Below, piece after piece: positions 1 through 13,352 of a DNA stretch of 64,000 nucleotides. The notes below the pieces were generated by a model. That model worked only from the letters and a program-made list of their open reading frames with translations, made no database searches and was not told where the DNA came from. Position numbers and translations under genes: made by a program. Source of the stretch: Tubulanus polymorphus. Taxonomy: Eukaryota; Animalia; Nemertea. The stretch lies in contig NC_134036.1 of the NCBI RefSeq assembly GCF_964204645.1, forward strand, positions 9,341,859 through 9,405,858, written 5' to 3'. Positions within the stretch are counted from its first letter, which is position 1; each line of letters begins with the position of its first letter.

Positions 1-862
1 ATGTTTAACCCTGATATAGCAACTTTTCCGTTTTGAGCTAAAGATATTGCTGGAGAACTCGTAAATTTTTAGCACCATCTGCTGCGTAGAATCAAATGAA
101 GAACCATTTTCTTAAATTATCTTTTGCATTTAATACATAATCTGGAACTATCTTTTCTTTTGTTGAAGTATTACTTTTCACTATTGCATGAATATAGAAT
201 TCATCATTATATTTTATAGCAAAATCTTTAGGATTATTTACAAGTATTCTATTAACTGCTGATGATTTCATAACATCCAGGATTCTAAATGTTTTATGTG
301 AATAAACTTCTTCACAGAATTTCTTAATTCTTTCTAATAATTTCAAGTCTTGATTGCATAAATACCAACAATATTTATTACCCCAAACATAATTATACAC
401 ACCTGCTGAACCATCTCCCATAAAAAATCCTTTGATAAAATATTCTTTTTCTTCTAATGTTTCGGGTTCTTTATTATAAATATTATCAATTATTTCATCA
501 AATGACATATGATTCATTCTTGGGAAAAATCTTTTATGTAATAATTCATCTCCAATTTTTATATCAGTTGGTTTTATTTCATCGCCATTTCGTTTAATTA
601 AACTATGATCTTCTGTAACATCTACAAACCCTAATTTAGTTCTAACTCTATAGATCTTCTTATTTGTTTTATGCCTAATAATATTCTTTAATTTTTTCCA
701 TCCATTTCTTGTCCAAACATCCATTAAACCATTTATTTATATCAATTCTTTTTCACCATATGAAATATAACATTCATTTTGTTTTGGAATTATTTCTGAA
801 ATTCTTCTTATCAATATTTTATCATTACATTTTAATAATATTGGGGTGTCAGCTGTTACAGA
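1..862 (-). mobile_element. Intein (Hint domain plus LAGLIDADG homing endonuclease) inserted in the PolB catalytic motif FFD|(TDS); C-terminus lies outside the window
   Basis: After FFD (Asp codon 863-865) the frame reads SVTADTPILL (block A). After a frameshift it gives VWTRNGW..IIRH and VDVTEDHSLI (block B TxxH), FIKGFFMGDGS (LAGLIDADG 1) and FFI*FYAADG (LAGLIDADG 2; TGA at 92-94 replaces Gly). Confidence 0.9.
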
Positions 863-3800
863 ATCAAAAAATAATATTTCAATATGCTTTTTCCCAAAAA
901 GCGGTTGTAAAACATTATAATAAAAATCATACATTAATAATTTTGATACTTCTAAAACAGTTGAACCAATGAATATAGGTTTATTAAATTTCATTGACGT
1001 TCTTTTTAATTTTACTGCTGTTAAATAATCTTCAAATCTTTTATTTCCTAAATGTCTAGGACTTGATTGTAAATGTCTTAATCTTTCAGAATTATTTACT
1101 AATTCAATATCATTTCTATTTCTAATATTTTCACATGTTTTACCATAAAAACTATCATTCATTAATTTGAAGAAATCTTTTTCAAAATCTGTTTTTGATA
1201 TGGTTCTCTGTTGAGTATTGAAATCTATATATTTTTCTAACCACTTCGATTGATTAAATTCAATATATCTATGTACTATCTTCAATTTCATTCCTTTTCT
1301 TCAATTTCATTCCTTGTTATAGATAAAATTTTAACATTCTATGATGAACGATATAATTGTATTTATTATTTTGAGTAAGTATTAATTTTTCTGTAAAAAC
1401 ATGATCTTTCGGTTTTATTTTCTTCTGGTATTCACTTAAATAACTATCATCTACGGTTAAATGTTCTCGGCAATAAGGTAAGTTTCTTGTTTTAAACTTT
1501 AAATCTTCAGGATATTCTAAATCAACTACAAAGAAATAACCAATTGGTGCTTCATCTTTTAAACTCGCAATTGCGCTTTCCCAATCAGTTTTATTATCAT
1601 TTTCAACTTCTGTCAATATAAAATGTTTATATGGTTGAGGTTGCATCATTGCCCAACCATATAAATTATTGGCGTCAATATATAATAATCTATATTCATC
1701 ATTTGCTTTAAAATATCTATCTCCCATAACACCACTAATTCCACCTCTAATTGATTTTTCAAATAATAAAACCATGTCTGGTTCTTTTAATAAATCTAAC
1801 TCTACATTTGTGTATTTTAAACCACATTGCCAGGTTAAACCAGGACTAGAGTAGCAATAACAAGGATCAACATTAAAATGATTCAAATTAACTTCTCTAA
1901 ATTTTTCAAATATGTCAGCCAATATCATAACATCTGATTTTAAATATAAATCAACTAATTCACCATGATTTTTCATCTTAAAATGGTTCCAAATATTTAA
2001 TGTTCTATTAAACACTTCATCTTTCACATACTCCTCTTTTAATTGATCATAAAATTGATCTTTTAATAATTCTGTTACATTAAAATCATTGTGTGTTTTA
2101 TAAAATGAATAAGGAATTGCACCTTTATATCTCAATAATTTAAAATCTTGTTCATTTGGATAATAATATCGAGTTATTATAAAATCATTATCAACTAAAC
2201 TTTTTGAGAAATTATCTTATGAACTTGCAAGAAATCTATAAGAATCTAAAAATCTAATGCAACCAAATTGAACTGAAATATAATTTACAGATGTTTTAGC
2301 TAATAGTTTAAAATCATATTTTCTTACATTTACCCCATTCATAGCATTATATTCTTCTATTTCTTGATTAATTGCACACAATTTTCCCGATAATTGTTTT
2401 ATAAATAGATGGGTATCATAACCTGATAAATTATGAAATAATATTGGTACGAAATTTACTTTTTTAGCTTGTAAATTACAATCTTCATGAGCAGCTCCAC
2501 GATATTTTGAATTTAAATGATCATGATCTCTAACTTTTTTATCAAATGAATAAAAACGTTTTTCACAATAACAACAATGAGTTGCATAATTAAAATTCAT
2601 CTTCAATCAATTTCATCTTCTTTTGTCATAACTATTCTTTTATTTTTGTTTAATAATTTTGCAAAATCACTTTCTAATTCAATTATTTTTGTAATAAAAT
2701 CATTAACTACATCTTCACCTCTAAAAGAAATATATTGACTTTCATATAATTCAGGATAATTTGATTTGATGTAAATTCCATAAGCAGCAGCTCTTTGATG
2801 AACTTTTTAAATTGTATTTATAATTGGTGGGTCTTGTATTGTGTCTTCATTTAATTCATTTCCTTTATCCATTGATTTTAATAATTGCTTTTTGTTATAT
2901 ATTTCTTTTCTATCTTGATCAGTTAATTCTTTATTCAACGATTCAAAACCCCCATAAATTAGTAATGGAACAATATTCTTAAATTTATGATTAGTAAATT
3001 TCAATTTATAATCTTTTTCTGTTGGCATTATTAATTTACAAAAATCTTTATTATCACATAATTCTTTATGTTTTAATAATGTATTCTCAGACATAAATTT
3101 AGATAAACATTTTCTACATAGATAAATTTTATGATGATGATCACTTTCTGTTCTAAAGAATAAATCAATTTGTTTTAACCACATATAATGTTCATTTTCA
3201 TCTTTTTTGTAATATAACAAATCTATAGCATTTTCATCATCATAATATTCTGTTAAATCTTATAATCTGTATAATCTTTAATATTTTCACCTTTTTGTCT
3301 TTGGTAATTGCATTAATTCAAATACATTTATTTTTTTAAATTATTAACTTTTTCTATTTTAGGAATCATTTTTATATAGTTACTGAATATTGATCAATTT
3401 TATATAATGTTTCATATTTCTAGTAATTTGTTATTCTAAAACTATGCGTTATATCTTCTGTTGGGTGTAAACAACTAATAATTGACCATAGAAAACATTT
3501 ATTATCTTCATTTTGAACATTTATTACTGCTTTTGTTGTGAATGGTAATTTAATTTAACTCGATGCTTTAATATCCTTTTCTGTAGTACAGTTTGAATCA
3601 TTTTTAAACATTGTTTTACTTTTTGATGTTTTATTCCTTTTTGTATTATAAACATTTAAATCTAAAAATATAATTCCATTCAATGTTAAACCAGAACCCT
3701 CAAAATATCTTTCTTCAATATGACGTTTCAATTCATTAAATATTTTTTCTAACTTCTCTTTTATTTGCGTTTTTGAAATTATTTCTTCAGAGAGTGTTTG

Positions 3801-4442
3801 AATATTATAATCTATTTTCTCTTCTGACTTTAAAAAACTTACTTTCCCAGAGATACTAATTTTTGGATATTCAACATCTGTTATCAAATCTAGTATTGTT
3901 TCTATTATTTCATTAAATTTACTATAATCTTGTATTGTTGTACCTTTAAAAAATCTAAATATAATAGCTGCATGACCAATTTTACTACGTAATGTTCCTA
4001 AAATTTCAATTGTATCTTTTATTTCTAGTGAATCAATATAATTTCTAACATTTTCCATGTAAGGTTTATTTGAAATGGATTTTGTTTTTGAGGTTGGTTT
4101 TTTTTACTTTTGAGGTTTATCATCGAAATAATCTTTTCCTAAAACATTATTACTCAAATTTTGATGGTGTTTTTGTGATTCGAGATGTCTATTATAATTC
4201 CTTTTTACTATAAATTCATTACAAACTTCACATTTTATTTCATCCACATTCATATTTTCTAATCGTTCTTTTCTTTCATTGGAATTTTCTGAAGTTTCAA
4301 AATCTATAACATTTTTTATATGATTTGAAGATTTTTCATGTTTAGATTTATTAGATTTATCGATGTATTTTTTACAATATGGGCAATAATATTGATTTTT
4401 ATTAACATTATTGTTTTCTGGTTGGTGTTCATTCTCCCCCAT
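1..4442 (-). pseudogene. polB: Polinton/Maverick (adintovirus-type) protein-primed DNA polymerase B, broken by stops and frameshifts, intein-containing; runs off the left edge
   Basis: Consecutive minus-strand ORFs give the pPolB motifs in order: N-terminal CxxC..H zinc fingers (4104-4442); INVQNEDNKCFLWSI (~3480-3530); EHYMW plus C2H2 (2807-3220); endonuclease VII-like RDHDH..YRGAAHEDCNL and Exo FHNLSGYD (2217-2606); YLKSDV..F, IRGG, LYIDANNLYGWAM (1317-2135); KLMNDSFYGK and ILFFD (737-1291). Very AT-rich and intronless. Confidence 0.93.
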
Positions 4443-4449
4443 TTATAAG

Positions 4450-5495
4450 GGAAAAAAATTACTTATGGTGATGAGAGCTAGTACTCTCGTACTATGGTAT
4501 GAAAGCCCACTTTTCCAATTACTCAGAGCTTGTCGTCACCGACATGCCGCAGGGCGATATAACCGTAAGTATTCTTTCGTAACCCGGTCGCTCGATTTTC
4601 TCCGCCCGTCGCTATTCGATCGCGTCGCTGGGATTATATAGCCATTTGTTTTCGTTTCGGTCTCCAGATCCTCAACTATCCCGCCGACGAGTCATCGGAA
4701 TACGATAGCGTCTGGATGCCTGCGGCGCAATCGACGGACAAATCCAATACATACGACGACGACCTGTTGCTGTTGCGCAAGTGTCCGCTCGGTGAAATAA
4801 ACGTAAGTATGCCGTGTTACCGTTCGTAAGGCAGGCGGGCGGGCGGGCGGTAATTGTCGTGTCGGTCGATCGAATAACGACGATTGTGCGCGAATTTCTT
4901 TCTTTTCCAGATCTAAACGTATCCATCCTCCAAATCGGACGACGACGACGACGATTTCGTAGCGAACGAAGACGATCTTCGCGCCGCCGATTATACCGAC
5001 TCCGACGACGACGACGCCGAAGACAACAACGATGAAGATTACCACCCGGGATCAGAAGCGGACGCCGACAGCGACGACGAAGACGAAGGCGAGAACGTCG
5101 GCCGAGGTAGCCGCAGCCGCTGCCGCAACCACGAACCCGTTCCTCAGCGGAGAAAGCGGATAAGTACGGCTCAAGTTCGGCAATGCCCGGTATGCGAAAT
5201 CGAGGCCGTGTCCGTTGTGCGGGAAGGATGTCACCAGGCTCGACGTACACCTGACGCGGCCGGGGACGCATGGCTGGGACAAAGTTTAAACTCGCCATGT
5301 GCGGGGACGGCAGCGGCCTGGAACCGTACGTAGAACCCGGTCTATTGGCGAGCGCCCTGCGGGCGTACGGCGAAAGCCAGAAAGATCGCGGTCACGGCCG
5401 TCCTTACACCGACGGTACGATCACGGTTCATTGCACCGGCGTGCGGTTAAAAACGCAGCCCTGAACATTTTCCTTATCGTTATTGTTGAATAATT
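4450..5495 (+). other. CpG/GC-rich island next to polB with a probable degraded spliced ORF (acidic tract plus CxxC/C2H2-like motif), likely a Polinton accessory gene
   Basis: Abrupt AT-to-GC switch at ~4450; acceptors ..TCTCCAG (4668) and TTTTCCAG (4910); donor GTAAGT (4803). One frame reads SDDDDDDFVANEDD..DSDDEDEG..CPVCE; another reads CPLCGKDVTRLDVHLTRPGTH. Confidence 0.45.
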
Positions 5496-7239
5496 TTCGA
5501 TATTTACGACGGGTCAGAATATTCATTCAACTCAAAATGTTCTTCAATTCGTCTAGCGCATGTCTAGATATTTCGCCGTTTCGTCAAATATTGTCGTGAG
5601 TTCGGGTTTTTTCGGGACTTGACATGACAGGTTCTGGAAACTCTGCAGACACACATTATTCGATGGCGGACGAATCAATTGCAATTTTTACTTGAAATAT
5701 TTAGAAGCTTCTCTGTCAACGCAGAACCGACAGAATGTCTTCAAACCATTTCAACATTGAAATACAGTAAGTAAATTTACTTATTAATCGAATACTTCTT
5801 TTGTACGGTTAAAGGTGATTCAAGATGGAAAGGTGTCGGAACACAGGGGGCTTGTCACAATTTGATGTGGTCCGTAACCTGACTGTGGTTAAGTTTCACG
5901 ATCGGATATTTTCACAAACCACAGTCAGGAATGGGAAGGTCATTTTTGGTTCGAAGAATGAGAACCTAAGCTATCGTCAAGTTGCAGTCATGAAGTCACG
6001 TGACAGGATCGGATGATTTTTTTTTCAGATTGCGTGATACGCCTCAATAAAATAGGTCCACAGACGTAATTCGCTTGTCTTAAGAATATTATAATTATCA
6101 TGATAAAGATATCTAAATAAATATTAATTTTGAAAGGATGCGTAATGAACGCCGATTTAGCGGTTAAAATTTCAATCATTTCATCTACTCGCGCATAAAT
6201 ACACCATCAATGATGCGCCTGTTGTAAGCGCCAGTACCCGGTACGTACAGCCTTACACACGACACCGGCCTCCACTTCAAAAGTTATGAACAAAATATTA
6301 GAAACATTTTGGATCCGATTAACACCAAATAAACCTTCAAAGCAAGGTATTTAGCATCGGATATTGTGCCGAAAATTCCAGATTGATACACAACATAGCT
6401 TTTCAAGTAACCGCATTTTTAGTGTAAACCAATTATGTTGATTGACAGGCAGGCTCAGCTGCGTGCCTCACTTGATCTCTGTACTGTTTATATTAGCCTG
6501 CACACGTCCCCTGTAAATAGACAGGGTGGGGATATCTCTGAAATCCTCGAAGAAGATATATCCAAATACTCACAATTGGGTGAGTGTATTGTCTCTGTTG
6601 ACTCCAACGTAAGGACTGCGATAAACCCTGATTATTGTATTGATGATAACTCACGCAATTAACTGTTCAGGATACATTTTTCAGTTCTTTTTTATTTTTT
6701 TTTGCAGTCCATCGAGGTTTTCATCGAAGTGGAAAATAATAAGAAAAACGAATTTCAAATAATTTTGTTTTGTTCCAATCCATGTTAAAATGCAATCAAA
6801 AAATATTTCAACCCACGTAAAGGAACTACGTGCGATCAATCAAAAGCCCATTCAAGAATATTCAATATATTCTAGTTTTAAAATTGTATATAGTTTCAGT
6901 TGTAATGTCAAAGGTGATCTGATATCGTGCAAAATGTCATGGCAATATGGTGTGCCGCAGAACCTGGAAAAGGCACAAGAGAAAATTTGAAGATGTTCTA
7001 ACTAACGAAAGTACAAAAGAATTAAAGGCAAGTCCTAATGGCTGGGACTCAAATAATAAGGAAATTTAGCAAAACCGTTTACTACCTCATTAATGACCTT
7101 GAAATAAATTTACTTACCAACTCGCCCAGAATTATCCTTTTTATCTGGCTAAATGTTATGTATATTAAGTTATAAGTTATTGCTTTATAAATCATGCTTA
7201 TTTACATAGATTAGCGTGTTATGTGGTATCAGTGAAAAT

Positions 7240-9910
7240 ACAGTTGAAGGTGCAGGAAATCATGCCGAATAAGACGGTGGAAATAACAATAGAAGATTTG
7301 AAGATGATGGAGGGGATGGTGATGGAGATGATCATAGAGAGGATGAAGATGGAGCGAATGGTGAGATGGAGCGATTGGAGATGGAGCAGATGGGGGAGAT
7401 GGACGGGATGATGATGGTGATGATAATGGTGATTATGACGGAGGGGAAGATGATGATGATGATGTAGGTAACTATGGTGACCACGAGATATTTCAACAAC
7501 CTATTTATAAGGGTTCCGATATCAATCTAATACAGTATATTGGAATTGTTACATCACTTTATGCGAGAGCAACCACCGGTATATCGAAAACAGAAATGAC
7601 AAGAACACTGAATATGATACACCACATTTTACCCCAACCGAATATAACACCACGCTCTGTAAAACAGCTAGAGACGTTAGAAAAATATATATTCGGGAAT
7701 ATGCGTAACGAAAAAGTGTGTACGAATGGTTGTATGATGTTTTGGAGGAACAATCGCCATCTCGAACGATGTGACAAATGTGGGTCTGCTGAGACTGCTA
7801 TATTCACGTGGATGCCACTAATCCCATATCTGAAAGGTAAACCATCTAAGATACATGATCTCTGCATAATGGTTAATTATTTGATTTCATCTAGGTATGA
7901 ATAAAACTAGATTCTGTTTAGAAGTGTTAAAATACATCTCTTTGATCTCTCTCTAGGACAATATGAACACTTCAACATGGTGCGCAGGGTCATTGAATAT
8001 TGGAGACCAAATGATGGTGAAAGGTAGGTAGCTACTATTCTACATAATGGGGTTGTGATGACGTCATCATCAGAACGATTGCAATAGCTTACTAAAATAT
8101 ATCTACACATTTTTATAGAATATTCAACCTACATTAAACGGAAACATGGCAACGTCTCTTTTCTGAAGATGGACTGTTTCCAGGAGATAGGCGATGCCTA
8201 GGATTGGCCCTAACGATGGACGGCACTAACAAATTCAGACACAAGAAATATATAGTGTGGCCGATGATGATCAACTTTTTAAATCTAAGGTACATGTAGT
8301 GAAATTGATGTCTCCGACATACGACATATCATGAAATTAATTGATAGAAGTCTGAGGAATAATAACAACTGGTTTTATCAATTTAAGACCATCAGAAGGG
8401 AAGGCATATGAAAATACGTTCATACATGGATTAATGAAAATGAACAAACGACAAAGCGTAAACGGCTTTTTAGAGCCATTAATTACTGAACTCAATGAAT
8501 TATTGCAAGGCGCAACAAACGAAAGACGGAAGTCGTTATCTTGAACACTTCGAATTAAAGGTAATTCATATCAGAATACCCCAGTCAAAATTATTTGTTC
8601 TCGACTCGAAAAATATGTACTCTAAAAATAAATGTAGTGCATTCACCATAAGTACATTTTATCAATCAGGGCAAGTTGATAATAGTCGGGGGTGATAACG
8701 AGAGTCACTGTTTGACATTAATGCATCAGACGGCAGCTGGCTTTGATGGGTGCATAAAATGCTGCCATCATGGTAACCCACAACTATTGAATAGAATGAT
8801 CTACCATCAGAATCGGAGGCAAGAAAAAATTCTACATTTGAATACCAATTGTATGTTAAGATATATTCTTAGAAACATTGCTTCTGATTTTTGTATCAGA
8901 TACTTACCAGTTAATCATGTGCAGCGAATTGAAGTAGATGCACCATTAATCAGCGATGATGGAAATTCAACAACTAGAAATATCGAGGTGCGACATCCAC
9001 CTGATGAAAAACCCATGGCATTATGCTGAGAAGTGCAAACAGAGTTAATAACGGTACATCAATAAAGAATTACCATCGACTAAAGAAAATTTATAAAATG
9101 CGTTATAATATGTTCATTTGAAATCTAAGGAACAGTTACGCTGGAACTCGGCTTCAAAGGGCGGTCGATTCTGTTCGATTTAGATGGAACAAATGTCAAT
9201 GATATCATTGCATTGGATCCTATGCATACCATTAGTGGTATGATAAAGAAATTTATCGAAGAATTCAATGGAAACGAAGTGAGAGATGGTGTAAGAGTAA
9301 GTCAGTACGAAGAAATTCTATTGCGAAATGAACAATTTTGGGTTTGTAGCACTATTACATTTTCTACAATAAATTTTCATTAACTAATTTCAGCTAATTT
9401 TAATAATTAGGGATCATTCATTTATTGCATAAAATTTTACTTTTTCAAACCCCTCCCCTTGTACACAAAATAAGCCATTTTTTCAATATACATTAAGCAT
9501 TACAGTACGCATTTACAGTTACCCCTCCCCTAGTGCGTACGTAAAATAAATAAATTAAAATAAAAAAAATTATCCCTTATTATAATAATTTATTTGTTTA
9601 TATAGCGCTATACTGTAAGATAATCATGGCACTTGAGTCTTAAGCTTATTTCATTAATTCTTTTTCAGCTCATTGATGAAAATCTGCCACCAGCTGAATG
9701 GAACCTATCAGCCCAAGAAAAAGAACTTATCAAAGAGAGATGGGCATGCATTAAGGCACCTTTAGGATGTTCATTCAGAACAGAGGGAAATCCATTCGAT
9801 CCTAGTAGCAACATGAAATCGTACGACTTCATTGAAGCACTTAATTGGGACTTAATTACCAGCTTTCGAAAGCACTGTGTGAGTTCGAAAGCCTACCTTA
9901 AAGGATGATT
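7240..9910 (+). pseudogene. CACTA/EnSpm (CMC) tnp2-type transposase relic, multi-exon
   Basis: PIYKGSDI..LPQPNITPRS..CTNGCMMF..CDKCG..WMPLIPYL (7500-7835); LALTMDG..VWPMMINFLNL (8204-8288); FLEPLITELNEL; GGDNES..GFDGCIKC (8690-8765); GFKGRS..DIIALDPMHTISG (9150-9240). Stops and frameshifts are present. Confidence 0.8.
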
Positions 9911-12463
9911 TCAACTCAGTTACAATGTCATATTACTATTACTACGTCTTCACAGCATGGCAATAATAATGTTGTTATAGCAATATTGATAATACAACCA
10001 GTTTGAATTTCATGACTGCAATTGACGACTTTTCCCATGAAGGCATTAATACTTTTTGAACTGATAGGATTTCACAACTCTAATTGATGAACACCTGCTG
10101 ATTTCTGCGGCAAAGCGGAGAGAGGAGTCTTTGCCTTCTGATTGGCTTTTTAAAACGAATATTTTTGCATTCAGATTTTCGCGAAATAGCTCATAAAATT
10201 TCAACGCGGACTTTTCTCAAAATTCAGCTCCATAGGGTTTGGAGAATGGATAATGGTCTAATGAATGATTTGTATGAATATATGCTCAGTAGCACAGACA
10301 ATGGGCCTTAGCTCTGGAATTATCAGCATCGCATCGACATCAGGCAATCCAAAACGGACGCGTACGAAAAAAAAACTGTGTCTGGTCTGAGCAGAGCGTA
10401 AACATAATATGCCCGGTATTTCCGCTTGAAACATACGCCAGACGATACAAATGCGAACGAATGAGGGACATGAAAAACGCAGTGTCGGGACATCAGAGGC
10501 GTTCAATTTGCTCGAAACTCGTCACGAGTTTGGATATTCACCTGACTCGACTAGGCTAGGGGCGCACGCTAGTAGCCCAGCAGTAGATGTTTAATTAAGT
10601 TTATAAAAGAAAACAGTATGGAATGGCTTCTTGCATAATGTTCTTTACTTGGCAAAATATAAACGTCAACAGAAGAGGAGATCGACATCCCAGGAATGAA
10701 GGAGAGTTTGGGCAAATATTTCACTTAGCTCAATCACCAATCTACCAAAAGTTTGCATACACGTGTGTAGGGTTTTTAGGGGGAGGTTCAAGAGAGGACA
10801 TGACCTCAAAAGGCACAGAACTAAGAGGCAGTGTGCAAGTACCCCACTTGCACATCGTAAGTTTGTATCAGTTTGAACATAATTAGTATCAGGCTTATAG
10901 TTGTTTCCAACGAAAGAAACATTAAAAAGGACAAGACAAGGGACAGAATTATTTTTTGCGAAATATGCAGGATGGCTCTCATGGGAATTAATCGCTAGGG
11001 TTATCCAAGCAGGGGCAACAGTGACAACCGATCATACCGATAACTAAGCATAGGCACATAACGAACAAACATGAGTGCTGATAATAATGCTTATGAAGAT
11101 AGAACAGGTCATACGGCGGGATTGGGCTCACTCCAACCAGGGAAATACACGCTTTTTCGTGCAGGAAATAACATTGCCGTCGGTCTGCAGGACGCGAGTC
11201 ACTGCTGCGTGGGCGACCATTCGTTACGCAGATGTTTTACTTAACACTTCTGCGTGGAACAGCAACTTCGCTCGAAATCATTCGTAGTGATTCTACGAGC
11301 TGAAATGTTGTCGATGATTGCGCGAACAAACGAGGAAACTGGAGTTATCGGACCCAACTCGGCGTAATGTTAGGAATTCATGCAATAATTTCAGGGTTAA
11401 AGTGGTAAAGGGAAGTTATTATTAACGGCGGATTCTATGAGCAGGTGCGAGTCAAATAATTTTCATTAGTATTATGATAGAAATTCCAAAAAATTTCATT
11501 ACAGTACCTCTAAAGTTTTATATTTCGTACGTTCGATAATATTCTTTCTCTAAATTTCCCGCCGGGTATAGTACATCAATGCAGTGGCTTATCGGATCAT
11601 TCTTAGCGCCTTCTTAGAGTCCGCCACGGCGCCACGGATACTGATACTAACATGGAAGATCGTCTTCGCAGTGTTATCTGATGCGTCGATCCCACCAAAG
11701 CAACAATCGCAACAGGCACGAACTACAGGGCGACCTAATCACCGTTTATAATGAAATTGCCAATATCGGTTCTCGTACCCCCCCAGTTGTACCTCGTGCC
11801 TCGTATCCAAAAACTCAGAAAAAAACTGAAAGAATTAAGAAGTGCTGCCCGGAAGGTATACGTGAACAATCGTCGATGCGGCAAGAATAATCGGAAGGAC
11901 CAAAAGGAAGTGCAAGGAGATATGATTAAAGGAACATTGCAATCAGTGTGTAAGGCGAGATGACTGAGGAGGGTCCAGTACAATCCGTCTTTAGGGGGAG
12001 ATGACTGAGGGTACAGTACAATCAGTCTGTAGGGGAGATGACTGAGGGAACAGTAAAAACAATTTGATGATTGATAATAGTAAGGTAGATAGAAATACAC
12101 GGAGCAATCAGTGCCAAATCTGTGTAAAGCGTTCTTGAAAATGAGTGATCTGACTGTCCATTGCAGAAGCCATAGTAATGAACGGTTATACACCTGTATA
12201 ATATATCAATTGATATTAACATCCTCATTTTACACATAAGTCATATTGTACATCCCATCTATCTTGTATAGTGGTTAGTATAATATGTATTAGTTAGTAG
12301 AACTCGTTGCTGTTCGGAAAAATGCCGTTGAAGTTGAAGAATACAGAAACAAACAAAGAAAGGTGAAAGAATCACGCTGTTACTTCATGATACTCCCGAC
12401 TACTTTCTATAAAAAGGAAAACGGAAGTATGGAGAGACATTGTTGTTTTGCTTTATCCCGTAT

Positions 12464-13352
12464 TGTAATCAAATTTATTTAGTATTACAGTTATAGAATG
12501 ATTTTAAGAAAGATAATGGATCATAATGAAGTTCCGACTCAAAAGTATTTATAATAATTCAAAAAGAAATAATCATTGGTACCGTAATTTGAGACAAATA
12601 CTAAAGTTTCGAAAATATATTTAGTTTGAATATCCTTGATGTTAATTGAGAACAAATTCTCTATAATCGCTAAAGTTTTAAGAAAATTAATTTGTGTTAA
12701 ATGATAATACTAGCTCTCTAAAGTTTATCTTGTTGTATACGTCTGTTGGTAACTCGAGAATAGCTGTTCTCTCAACGATGATAAGCAAGGAGTGAGTAAA
12801 TCATTTCACGTCATGACAGGAGGGTTGGAAGGAAAAAGTTAGTTCAGCAAATCAGTTTTGAAAATAATTTTAGATCAGCGAATCGTTAAGGCTAAATTCT
12901 ATATGACCAAAACAGTCATGACAGTTAGGTTGCTGTGGGAGAGTCGGTATTTTAAGAATGCCGAATCTTTCTATAAAAGGGACCCACATCTTGAGAGGGC
13001 AGACACTCAAGAGACACTCAAGAGACACTCAAGAGACACTCGATAGAGATTCGATAGTTACTTGTTAAAAGCTTGTTTGGGACATGATTCAGGACGGGTT
13101 ACCCGCAGGAGAGTGCAATAGGAATTTAGAGCTAGGATTTGGATTGTATTAAACTGGAGAGCTGTGTTTAAATATTAAGTTAAATAAATTCATCTTGTAT
13201 TGTTTTATCCATTCAAAATTCCCGGTATTCTAGTTTTACTTGGGTTTGTGCGCGGACACGTTCTCTCGCCAGGGACCGATTATTGCTTATATTATTATAC
13301 GACTAAGGAGAGGATTGTGACCAGCGTATCAATACTATGAAACTGTGTTACA
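12464..13352 (+). mobile_element. Possible solo LTR
   Basis: TGTAA...TTACA termini, TATAAAA at ~12972, AATAAA at ~13183, internal (GACACTCAAGA)n at ~13002-13040. Flanks GTAT/ATAT are only an imperfect TSD. Confidence 0.4.

Noticed and set aside
4672-5298. 208-aa Arg-rich and 117-aa Val-rich minus-strand ORFs
   Set aside because: Off-frame or antisense readings of (GAC)n acidic codons; the splice signals point to the plus strand.
4450-6300. Polinton terminal inverted repeat and TSD
   Set aside because: No convincing AG-rich terminus was found and the other end is outside the window, so the boundary is not called.
10550-12250. Possible LTR or retroelement fragments and ORFs 11681-12237
   Set aside because: No recognisable protein motifs, primer-binding site or paired termini.
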